UHGV virus genome: UHGV-1378817
Length of the DNA: 64,000 bases
From: a virus
Strand: one strand, 5' to 3'
The translations under genes were made by a program, and so were the position numbers. The notes under the pieces were generated by a model. The model saw nothing but the letters and a program-made list of their open reading frames with translations. It ran no database searches and was not told the DNA's origin. Shown piece by piece: positions 19,201 through 27,173 of the stretch (position 1 is the stretch's first letter; each line of letters opens with the position of its first letter).

Positions 19201-20068
19201 CGCCTTGCTCTATAGCAAGAGGTTGCCACGAGGCTGTTTGTTGGTTCCACATACCCCAACGACCTGTTGCGTCAAGCTGCAAGTACCCTGCCGTGTTTAA
19301 ATCATCTCCAGCACGAATAACTGTTCTTGTTGGGTTATTTGCCTCTAGGCGTTTAAATTCATCACGAAGTGCTATTCTTTTTGTTGTTGCTACACCGTTG
19401 GTTACTGCAATGGTATACATTGCTCCGGAGGTAGCGCCACGGAAAATACCATCAACAGTTGTAGTATCACGACGAGATACCACACCGTTCAGAAATTTTT
19501 CACCAGCTGCTACAGAAGGGTAGTTGGTAGTTCTTCCCTCTTCAATAACTGCAGCGCCAACAAAGTTATCAAGGTGAATAACATCGCCTACAGTATGCAC
19601 TGTACCAAAATCTACACGCTGTGCAAGGGCTTTAGCATCGTTAGCTGTCTGAACAGTAACATCCATTACATCCTGCACAGACTGCCCTTCAGCTGTCATG
19701 ATCATAGATGCGCCAATGGTGGATTCCAGCTCCTCCCTTAGGGACGGGTCAGTATATACCATCCATGCAGCGTCAGTAATCCCACCATCGGAGTACGGTG
19801 AAGATAGTGCAGGAACAGTGTGTGGAAATTCGCCTTTCCAACGCAGGTAGAGGTCTTCCTCTTCGAAGTAGGCAAAATCCATTGGGCCGTTTAACTTACC
19901 ACCTTCCTTAAAGGAGATTACATGAGAAACAGTCCCATCCACATGGACAACATCGCCAATTTTTACACGACGAGTCAGGTCTGGTTGTTGAACAACCAGG
20001 TAATCATCCTCTGTCACTGCGGTAGTGGCAGGAAGAGATTCAATTCTGACAACTTTAATATCAGCCAT
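16268..20068 (-). CDS. long tail fibre with C-terminal intramolecular chaperone (S74-type autoproteolytic) domain
   Basis: 1266 aa; C-terminus has SDRDLKDNIEVI..GYTY..AQEV motif and a terminal coiled coil, matching the self-cleaving chaperone domain of endosialidase/L-shaped fibres; N-terminus has LVV..TRR.KIGDVV anchor-like motif. Confidence 0.65.
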   Translation of the reverse strand: MADIKVVRIESLPATTAVTEDDYLVVQQPDLTRRVKIGDVVHVDGTVSHVISFKEGGKLNGPMDFAYFEEEDLYLRWKGEFPHTVPALSSPYSDGGITDAAWMVYTDPSLREELESTIGASMIMTAEGQSVQDVMDVTVQTANDAKALAQRVDFGTVHTVGDVIHLDNFVGAAVIEEGRTTNYPSVAAGEKFLNGVVSRRDTTTVDGIFRGATSGAMYTIAVTNGVATTKRIALRDEFKRLEANNPTRTVIRAGDDLNTAGYLQLDATGRWGMWNQQTASWQPLAIEQGGTGARDAAGARINLGAFYKQRAALEANFNINNLTGNQDGVYYQPMTANATEANGYPAGSGAGHLIVWQNNANGGTGCRQEYYPFSNVDVWYLRTYQANTNQWTAWQPMVRPRNDDTFRSHIGLGPRNTPTFGHLYLSQSSADVKSASGIVNGDKYSADGVLEHGYRIYSEVRNDNKAWLTIHLHKGAKGSETHRYLGFREDGVLDCPKYMQVGDLTGQLTNWGLGEWIRSSGAERGFWGSKKAAKMVVWDGGMDESGNGTLEWGVYNNRKAKWEPLPQAAGGTGATTLADAQNLFKVPIAAGVKDFLTLPRTAGMEDGKYYPIIVRTDPYYAPSTGTDITIVTRSSSGNDPMNCATLQCHYRTGGWTDRGDSFYGVVNFYQNEKALLGMVAPTRGKQEYVAFYVEARAFPVSIYASRNVVEVFTREQDYQVGAVTDNQDGVKFVAPLQSADLNLAILGDNNTNTRPIVDFKGTSGFYTGGGTQWHYIGTAERYAVMSKMNMPKVELWADGLDYLCYGSPRKALFSNAGFQCASDGTEDLTNGTFTSKCGNGAGLKGQAEFRSTPEAGQVIVRDIVGSAHRFYNFNKDGTFSAPGGFVCHTGADWNNQFGNNNPSKIMAGNVNGPEGSMVVGGLSVAFSGNYAFQMAGRLDQLYTRSIEGGNHRAWNKVIQHRGQGLGTNDLNDYKGDREGFYHQEANAQAALDKNYPCSQAGTLVVYRNYANVPESCVQEYTTYLGEKFLRYGTTIGGVFTWGHWQQLGGKGITLKTQGSNLEPEFTIHTGGGTDVTNTSNMPSNTGRLYYWGNGADRKNVLEFQISDNSTVASWVFHCGAKADEAKSRYFAVNGTVECTTVSQSSDRDLKDNIEVIPNALEAIRKMKGYTYTLKENGMPYAGVIAQEVMEALPEAVGSFVKRKEIEGPTQDGIPLMTEERFYNVDYAAVTGLLVQVCREQDDKITALEEQVKKLTEVVTGLQEKLK

Positions 20069-20104
20069 TCTTTCTCCTGAAAGGGGGCAAACAGCCCCCC
20101 TATG

Positions 20105-22702
20105 TTAAAGGTACAATCCACGGTATTGAGCATAAAGGCCCAGACCGCGAAGGATTTCGCCAGAGTGATAGCCAACCGGATCAGAAACTGCCCAGCAGCC
20201 GTTTAAAATATTATCCCCATTAATGAAGTGGTGCTTTTGCAGTAGCTTCACACAGGCTTCCACAACAATATCTATTTGAGGTATTGTCTCTGAATACCCG
20301 CACAGACCTAGCCAGCAGCAACCTGCAAGCCATTCACCTACCACCCACATCCTGTCTCCTCTGTCCTGATAAGAATATCCCCCAGAGGTGTTAAAGTCTG
20401 TAGGCAGATTTCCTGAATGAGATGACTGGAATCTGTTGAGGAACCATGCCCATTTCTGGCAGAACAGGAATAGTCTTTCATCAACAGGTTCTTTATGTTT
20501 CTTGAGCTCATATATTGTGCGGCACGCAGCAACAAAAGATCTTGACTGGAGCTTAGAGTTATCTACCATCTCCCACCAACCAGTCAACCCTTCATTACCT
20601 CTTTGCCATACATAACGTGAGGCAACTGGACCCTCTGTCTTAAATGTATTATTATACCAGACTTGAGCGTCATACAGAAAGCCTATTGTATTTGACAATC
20701 TATGGCGATCTATGTTTTCTGCACCCATGCAGTAGACTGCTGGGTATTGCATACCAGGGTAGGGCCAATTTGGCCTTTCCTCTAAGAGATAGTTTTCCTT
20801 ATCTATCACCTTTCCGGCAGGGAACACACCCGGTGTGTGCCTGTATGCACCTTGCTTGTAGTTTCTGACATAGCAATCGCCAACCTTAGCGGTTGATTCT
20901 GTCTTGCTTGCCATCCATACGCTAAACCAGATTAGATAAGCATCCCTATCTGCAATATAAAATTGCGGCAGTGTGTTGACGCAATACAGATCAAACAAGC
21001 CATTACCTATCTGCCTGTCGCTTAGACTGAAATCTACAGAGGTTAGCCCCTTAGGATTAGCAAAGAAAGGTTTAATCTCTTCTTCGGTGTGATGAGGTTG
21101 TGTCGGATCTAGTTTGAAATCTCCTAGGGTAAGAGTTTCTGTTATCCATTGTCCATTGGTGGCATATAGATCAGCATACCATAACCACCTGTCTTTGTCA
21201 AGAAATTTGACCCTTACCATCTCATCATCTGATCGATAAGTTACTGAGTTTAAAGAAATCTCTCTTCCAAAATTGAAAGTTACTTTGCCTCTTGCTATAT
21301 TACAACGGGTGAAGTTGTCAGAGTGGTTGTAAATGTCGGTATCATACTGCATACTGACACTAGCACCACCGCTTACGGCAATGTTTTCCTCTTTAGGTAA
21401 GAGATACGGATTACCGTCTTTACCAACTACCTCTACGAAATCGGTAACCTTGGCAACTATTTCTGTTACCTCTGCCCCTCCAAAAGGAACCCCTATCCTG
21501 TACTGTTTTTTGTTATTGTTGCCATCATTAAGGATGAAATGTGGCTGGAATAGAACCCCTTCTCCTCCGAAATTCATAACAATTTCAGCATCTCTGCCTA
21601 TTTTGTATGTAGTCCCTTTTTGAATTATTTCGCAAGGCTGGCGTGCGTTCATTCTAAAATTGATATACCCGTCACTGTCCCTGCTCATGACAGGAACTGT
21701 TCCTGCAACAAGACAAGTACCATCTGTGAACGGTGCCTTAATCAGCGTGGTCTTTCTAAACAGCTTGTCGTAGGCGTTTATATCACTGAAATTAAGCAAC
21801 TTGTTGTAAGACTGTTTAAACGCGGTGTAATACTTTTCCTCACCTGTCAAGGTGTAGAGTTGATAACAAGCGTCACACCACATTTCTTCCCCGTCCAACT
21901 CTGGGGCCTGATTATCTGCAACCACGTTTATAGGATTTACAATTACAGGGGATCCTGCAGGTATCACCGATCCACCCTGCTCTTGAGGTAATCTTACACA
22001 ATAGGTCACCTTGTGGCTGCCTGTAACACCCTTATCTTGTAGTTGGATTGTGCCGAACTCTACAGACGTATGACCACTGTCGGCTATGCTACCGTTAGCC
22101 CAATAGCGGTTACCATCCCATGCTATATACCACTCAACCCACCAACTTAATCCGGATGTTGTCCAATCTGGGTTAGCATCTGTGCCACCGTAAACATCAG
22201 AGTCTACAGTGTTTCTTCCTAACACACCGTTATATGCTTGAAATGCCTTGTCTAGGTATTCCCCCCATGTCGGAGATCCAGCTGGGATTTTTCCTCTACC
22301 ATTGGTAAAAGACACCACCACATCTTTAAACCCACCATGTGATGGAACCCCATCTGTGGATAGAGGGTAGTGGGACAATCTTTGCATTTTACTTTCTACT
22401 GCATATGCACCCAGAAGATGGCTATTGTAAGCTTCCCAAGCATCTTTTGCCCTATCCAAGTAGAAATCGCTTTTCGATGCCCTGTATGCTTCAATGTACC
22501 CCAGAATCAACACAGCTTGGGACTCGTGCATTGCCCAATCATTATTTATCTTATTACCTGCCCACCCTGCAGCTATAAGACCATCAGGGTTTACTAGCTT
22601 ATTTTGTGTAGGGGTGTTGGTAATACCTGTGTTGTTATCGAGGCACTTCCTGTGCCCCTCAATCATCTGAAATACGTTATCAATGTTATGTTGAATACGC
22701 AT
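20105..22702 (-). CDS. large tail-associated protein (865 aa), possible enzymatic spike
   Basis: 865-aa ORF between fibre genes; Trp/Tyr-rich globular sequence without fibre-like repeats; function not assignable by eye. Confidence 0.4.
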   Translation of the reverse strand: MRIQHNIDNVFQMIEGHRKCLDNNTGITNTPTQNKLVNPDGLIAAGWAGNKINNDWAMHESQAVLILGYIEAYRASKSDFYLDRAKDAWEAYNSHLLGAYAVESKMQRLSHYPLSTDGVPSHGGFKDVVVSFTNGRGKIPAGSPTWGEYLDKAFQAYNGVLGRNTVDSDVYGGTDANPDWTTSGLSWWVEWYIAWDGNRYWANGSIADSGHTSVEFGTIQLQDKGVTGSHKVTYCVRLPQEQGGSVIPAGSPVIVNPINVVADNQAPELDGEEMWCDACYQLYTLTGEEKYYTAFKQSYNKLLNFSDINAYDKLFRKTTLIKAPFTDGTCLVAGTVPVMSRDSDGYINFRMNARQPCEIIQKGTTYKIGRDAEIVMNFGGEGVLFQPHFILNDGNNNKKQYRIGVPFGGAEVTEIVAKVTDFVEVVGKDGNPYLLPKEENIAVSGGASVSMQYDTDIYNHSDNFTRCNIARGKVTFNFGREISLNSVTYRSDDEMVRVKFLDKDRWLWYADLYATNGQWITETLTLGDFKLDPTQPHHTEEEIKPFFANPKGLTSVDFSLSDRQIGNGLFDLYCVNTLPQFYIADRDAYLIWFSVWMASKTESTAKVGDCYVRNYKQGAYRHTPGVFPAGKVIDKENYLLEERPNWPYPGMQYPAVYCMGAENIDRHRLSNTIGFLYDAQVWYNNTFKTEGPVASRYVWQRGNEGLTGWWEMVDNSKLQSRSFVAACRTIYELKKHKEPVDERLFLFCQKWAWFLNRFQSSHSGNLPTDFNTSGGYSYQDRGDRMWVVGEWLAGCCWLGLCGYSETIPQIDIVVEACVKLLQKHHFINGDNILNGCWAVSDPVGYHSGEILRGLGLYAQYRGLYL

Positions 22703-22703
22703 C

Positions 22704-23372
22704 TTAGATAGCTCCTGCGATAATCAGTGCCCCGTACCAAGTTAACCCGTTGTCGTAGGTTTCCAACTTGAAAATATCTGTTGCACCAGCTGTAAATGTT
22801 AGGATAGGATCTCTTCCGTAGGACCATTTAACATTACCAGGCCAATAGACTTTGTTGCCGCCAGAGGTCTGAGTAATGCATACGGTTATAGTTCTCGCCA
22901 CCCCTTCAAGACCTTCTGTTTGATTTTCAAAAGAGATTGTGGTATTTGAAGTTAGTCGAACCTTAAAGGTATCCGCAACTTCAAGATCCATATCAAGCTG
23001 ACCACCGATAGATCCGTAATCAACTATTCTGCCAGAAGAAGTTGCAGCAAGCTCACCAAAAACAGACCAGGCATTTGCAGACACGCCCCCAGCACCCTCT
23101 ACAGTGGAGTCTGGTAGGATTATTTTAGGATAATCCCCGTTCCACGTGTAGTAGCGCTTAGTCTCTGGGTCATAAGCAAAGTCCTTCTTGCTCTTAAGAT
23201 AACCACCCTCTGTGAAATAGACTATCTTAGTAATACTAAGATCGTTGACAACATCGTCAATCTTAGCCTTTCTTGTCCCATCAGTCTGGTTGACAACCAA
23301 GAAGTCATCACTCAGGACTGTTTCTGCATCTTCAAGATCTGGAATTGGTATTGTAGGATAAGCTACAGCCAT
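22704..23372 (-). CDS. short tail fibre-like protein (222 aa)
   Basis: N-terminus PIPDLEDAETVLSDDFLVVNQTDGTRKAKIDDVV parallels the N-terminus of 16268..20068 (ESLPATTAVTEDDYLVVQQPDLTRRVKIGDVV). Confidence 0.45.
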   Translation of the reverse strand: MAVAYPTIPIPDLEDAETVLSDDFLVVNQTDGTRKAKIDDVVNDLSITKIVYFTEGGYLKSKKDFAYDPETKRYYTWNGDYPKIILPDSTVEGAGGVSANAWSVFGELAATSSGRIVDYGSIGGQLDMDLEVADTFKVRLTSNTTISFENQTEGLEGVARTITVCITQTSGGNKVYWPGNVKWSYGRDPILTFTAGATDIFKLETYDNGLTWYGALIIAGAI

Positions 23373-23381
23373 GATTTCTCC

Positions 23382-24098
23382 TTAGTTAACATCAACAGCA
23401 CGACCAGACTGGTTGGCAATAGCCTCATCATTGGAGGTAGCAATAACACCAGAGTATTCGCGCTCATCTGGAGCAAGCGTCCAGGTATTGCGGTTAATGG
23501 TTTGTTCTGCCTCAGTCATCAGCAGATCTTTATCCTGAGTCAACAGAGAGCCTACAGGGATCGGGTTTTCCATCTCAGGACCAGCATACTGGTTCCACCA
23601 TGTGGCATCTCCGGTTCTAGGTAATCTGAAGTTGATCAGGTAGTACAGTTTATTAGCCCACTTAATCCAACCCTCATCATCACAGAGAGAGGTTGTCCCA
23701 GAATCAGGTTGTGGGTAGGTGAACTGATCAAGACCTACGAAAGCCAGCCTTACAATCTCGTTCTCTTTGGTAACAACCTCAAAGAACGCTTGGTATGTTC
23801 TCGATCTTCGATCCATGGTAGACTGGAAGTTTATGATGTTTAGCACATCCGGCTCTTGTCTTGCCACTTCCATGATCTTGTTATCAAGAACAGTCTTCAT
23901 GACCTTCTTACTGAGAAAGTCCATATAAGGGAAGCCAAACAACTCGTCAAAGTACCAGCTCCCCTTCCACGTATTAAACCTCATCCACAAGCGCTGGCGC
24001 AGACTTACTTGGTTTGAATCTATCAACTCAAGACCTTTGTCTATCGCCAAATCGCCTGTCTGTGGGTCCATTAATATATCACTATAAAGCGTAGCCAT
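23382..24098 (-). CDS. baseplate protein (238 aa)
   Basis: ORF in coupled baseplate array; position only. Confidence 0.4.
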   Translation of the reverse strand: MATLYSDILMDPQTGDLAIDKGLELIDSNQVSLRQRLWMRFNTWKGSWYFDELFGFPYMDFLSKKVMKTVLDNKIMEVARQEPDVLNIINFQSTMDRRSRTYQAFFEVVTKENEIVRLAFVGLDQFTYPQPDSGTTSLCDDEGWIKWANKLYYLINFRLPRTGDATWWNQYAGPEMENPIPVGSLLTQDKDLLMTEAEQTINRNTWTLAPDEREYSGVIATSNDEAIANQSGRAVDVN

Positions 24099-24110
24099 GA
24101 AAGCCCTCTA

Positions 24111-24788
24111 TTAGTGCGGTCCACTTGTCTCGCCATCAGGGCAAGAGTGGGTATGACCTTTATATTCTGCATAGAATGAATCCAAATCCACACCCGCAGC
24201 AGTTATAATTCTACCAGATGGGTCTATTGTGGCACCATTCATTCTGATATTTCCATCCACAGTAGCTCGCAAATTGGCAGCTCCGTTAGTGAAAGAAAAC
24301 TCCCCGCTACTGTCACACCGTAATGTCCCACCAGGTGTTTGAAGCTCAAAATCACCAGAAGGTGTCAGTTTAAAATAAACCCTATCATTCCATAACTCTA
24401 CGTTATCAGGATCAATCTGTAAAGCGTTTGAGTCTGAATGGACAGAGGTGATTGCCCACCCTGGAAACAGGCCGTGAGTTTGTTGATCGTCGTTATTGTT
24501 TTCATTTCTCTCTGAAAACTGCAATCCTACAACATCCCCAGCCTTAATAGGAAGTGTTAACCTTGCCTTTCCGCTGTTTGCAGACATCACCTGAATTGGA
24601 ACGTCATAGATAAGAGGGTATCTCTCCACATCTCCGTCATCAAACGTGGTTTCAGCTATTGGCTGCACGGCTGCAGAAGGTATACTGTAGTCAACACTGA
24701 CAACTCTGGCCCTGATACTGGTGTGGTAGTCCCTCATTATTTTTTCTATAAAGGATCTTACAGCAGCATCTTTCCTATTTATTGCCAT
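24111..24788 (-). CDS. baseplate central spike protein (gpV/gp5-like)
   Basis: 225 aa; C-terminal GHTHSCPDGETSGPH resembles the His-rich apex motif of phage/T6SS spike tips; position between hub and baseplate genes. Confidence 0.5.
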   Translation of the reverse strand: MAINRKDAAVRSFIEKIMRDYHTSIRARVVSVDYSIPSAAVQPIAETTFDDGDVERYPLIYDVPIQVMSANSGKARLTLPIKAGDVVGLQFSERNENNNDDQQTHGLFPGWAITSVHSDSNALQIDPDNVELWNDRVYFKLTPSGDFELQTPGGTLRCDSSGEFSFTNGAANLRATVDGNIRMNGATIDPSGRIITAAGVDLDSFYAEYKGHTHSCPDGETSGPH

Positions 24789-25792
24789 TATACCTCCTCA
24801 GTTTTGTCAACAACTCCACCCACTGTTTCCCCAAGGCCGAGCTCTGTAGTGTAATCACCACCTTCTATGGTGCCCTTATGATGCACCGTGATCACCTTGT
24901 AGAAGCCTGTATATTGCTTGCTTTTAAGATAAATAGTGGACTCTGGGAGGATAGCTCCGTTAAGGCATGTGGTTACAGTAAGGCCAACATCCTCTCTCGG
25001 GTTTTTCTTTTTCTTTTTAGATGTCGAACCACCTTTGGCAGCAGCTTTAGCTTTTCGTTTTTTAGCAGGTTCTGGGTTTTTAGGGGTGGGAGATCCGTGC
25101 ATCCCAGACTCTGCACTTATTTCAAACACAGAGTCTTTGAACCTTTTTCCAACCTTGGTCCAATACAAAGCCCCATCCTGAACGCTAAATGTGGAGTTGG
25201 TCAGCCTTGCAAACCTGCGGAGGTTCTCTGCAGTGTTTCCAGAGAAAGCCATAGAGTATTGCAAAGTCTGGTTTCCAAAACCAACAACCCTACCTTTTGG
25301 CAAGTTCATATCCTTCAGCAGGTCATTAAGCACAGAGTTCAGAGGTGTGCCTTTCTGATAAGATCTTGTGCTTTGGCACTTAATAATGTTCTCAGTGCCA
25401 TCCCCGAAGATGAACTTAGTTTTTCTGGTCGGACCTTCCCATCTGTCTTCAACAAACTCCACAGTTCCGGAGAATATTAACTGGTTCTCATTATCATAGC
25501 CAGCTTCAAACATAACTGCAAGGGCATCAGCCTGATGCATATCCAGATAGCTAACTGTATCGTCAGACAGGTTGTAAACTGTCACATAACCTTTGTTTGG
25601 CTCTTTGGTATTGTCCTTTTGTATGTCAAACTCTATATTGGCAGCACCAGTGTCCGAGCTAACTTCATAAACTCCGGAATCACTCTCCCCTTTCTTTTCA
25701 ACAGATTTTGGGATATTGGTTTTTGATTTACCGCCATGTTCTACAGGACGACCAAACAATAATCGCCATGTTCTACGTCTGTACTCTGCCAT
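24788..25792 (-). CDS. baseplate hub / tail protein (334 aa)
   Basis: ORF with Lys-rich low-complexity insert (AKKRKAKAAAKGGSTSKKKKK); coupled to neighbours. Confidence 0.4.
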   Translation of the reverse strand: MAEYRRRTWRLLFGRPVEHGGKSKTNIPKSVEKKGESDSGVYEVSSDTGAANIEFDIQKDNTKEPNKGYVTVYNLSDDTVSYLDMHQADALAVMFEAGYDNENQLIFSGTVEFVEDRWEGPTRKTKFIFGDGTENIIKCQSTRSYQKGTPLNSVLNDLLKDMNLPKGRVVGFGNQTLQYSMAFSGNTAENLRRFARLTNSTFSVQDGALYWTKVGKRFKDSVFEISAESGMHGSPTPKNPEPAKKRKAKAAAKGGSTSKKKKKNPREDVGLTVTTCLNGAILPESTIYLKSKQYTGFYKVITVHHKGTIEGGDYTTELGLGETVGGVVDKTEEV

Positions 25793-26172
25793 TATTCTAA
25801 CCCTTGCTGTTCCTTGTAAAGATCAACCGGGGTGCCGTATACAAGTTGTAGCTCAGATCTCGCCCCAAGGTTATATCTTCCAACCCTGCCCCAATATTGA
25901 TCGTCTTTAAACGACAGCGCCATCAGTCTACCTTTCGGTAAATCATCTCGGTAATGCAGTCCGTCTAAAATATCTTGACAAGCTGTTACTTTTCTGGTTA
26001 CTAAAGGGCTGTCACCTACTGGACCAAGAGATAACCACCAGGACTCATCCCTCTCATTCCATTGCATACGCATTTCATACGTTTCATTGTCTAAAACAAC
26101 ACGCATGGTTTGATCAGGAAAGCCGTCAATGTCCCACACAAAGGTGATTATGCACCAATCTTTAAGCTCCAT
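25792..26172 (-). CDS. tail protein (126 aa)
   Basis: ORF coupled to downstream gene by 1-nt overlap; position only. Confidence 0.4.
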   Translation of the reverse strand: MELKDWCIITFVWDIDGFPDQTMRVVLDNETYEMRMQWNERDESWWLSLGPVGDSPLVTRKVTACQDILDGLHYRDDLPKGRLMALSFKDDQYWGRVGRYNLGARSELQLVYGTPVDLYKEQQGLE

Positions 26173-26184
26173 TATACGCTCTCC

Positions 26185-27069
26185 TTATTTCCCGTTAACT
26201 TTGTTGTAGTTTCCCTGCTCAGAGGGGACTATGGTAGAAGGTCTTCCATATTCCTGATAATACCAATCCGCAGCCGATTGGGTAACACCGTTTTCATCTG
26301 TCCACATCATAGATTTGTATGGCTGCCACTCCTCTGCAGCGTTTGTGGATGCAGTGTCTGCGAATGCTCCTGTGTCCCTCTTGTTACCCACGTTACTGCC
26401 ATTCTTACAGTCGTTGACAGCACCTTTTTGCTGGGTTTTGCCTACTTTCTTAGGATTGCTGTATACAGTTGCATTAACAACCTTATTCAAGTAGAATGTG
26501 CGGAACTCTGTAAGCTCTACATCAAACACCATTGCAGCACCTTCACCAACAGACTTGTTGGCAGAAAGACTGGTTATGATGTAGTTCTCAAGAAGTCTCT
26601 CCTCGGTAACCAAAGAAACCAACTGTCGCTTATTGATAATCTCAGTCAAAGCCTCCAATGCAGCGCCTGGTCGCATAGATGCTGCAGGGTTTTTAGAGTC
26701 AGTATTCCTATCAATGTAGTTTTGCTCATAAATTATGTGTGGGGATGTATTTACCCTACCAGTAAAAGAAAATACACCATCTTTAATTACAGCGTGGTCT
26801 GACAGGGTAGATTTATCTTCCACCGCAAACCCAGTCTTATCAACAGAATGTTTGAAAGAGTAATTCTCAACCTGATCGAAGATAATGGCAAGATCGTTAG
26901 TAAAGTTTTTACCCTTCATCTCCGTATTGCGACCGCCATAGTTAAGACCGCTGACAAACATAGTGTACTTTACATCGCTTTCAGTTTGCTGCTCTGCCTT
27001 TTCAGCCTTTGGAGATTTAACCTCTTGAGGCTTGTACAGGTCTTTTTCATCAACTATATTGCTTGGCAT
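26185..27069 (-). CDS. tail protein downstream of tape measure (start revised to internal ATG)
   Basis: Track ORF 26185..27096; the upstream promoter -10 would put the transcript start at about 27096, so ATG at 27069 with GGAGAGG upstream is preferred. Confidence 0.4.
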   Translation of the reverse strand: MPSNIVDEKDLYKPQEVKSPKAEKAEQQTESDVKYTMFVSGLNYGGRNTEMKGKNFTNDLAIIFDQVENYSFKHSVDKTGFAVEDKSTLSDHAVIKDGVFSFTGRVNTSPHIIYEQNYIDRNTDSKNPAASMRPGAALEALTEIINKRQLVSLVTEERLLENYIITSLSANKSVGEGAAMVFDVELTEFRTFYLNKVVNATVYSNPKKVGKTQQKGAVNDCKNGSNVGNKRDTGAFADTASTNAAEEWQPYKSMMWTDENGVTQSAADWYYQEYGRPSTIVPSEQGNYNKVNGK

Positions 27070-27102
27070 AACCTCTCCAGGACACTCCGATACCATCTAG
27101 AT

Positions 27103-27131
27103 ATTGTATCATAAAATAGCCGTTTTTACAA
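27103..27131 (-). promoter_or_regulatory. candidate promoter TTGTAA-17-TGa-TACAAT
   Basis: Minus strand: -35 TTGTAA (plus 27126-27131), 17-nt spacer, TGA + TACAAT (plus 27103-27108). Confidence 0.35.
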
Positions 27132-27135
27132 CACC

Positions 27136-27163
27136 GATAAAATAAAGGGGGCCGGAGCCCCCT
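27136..27163 (-). terminator. intrinsic terminator after tape measure gene
   Basis: Plus AGGGGGC-CGGA-GCCCCCT (27146-27163); minus transcript hairpin followed by UUAUUUUAUC. Confidence 0.55.
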
Positions 27164-27173
27164 GCACAGTTTA

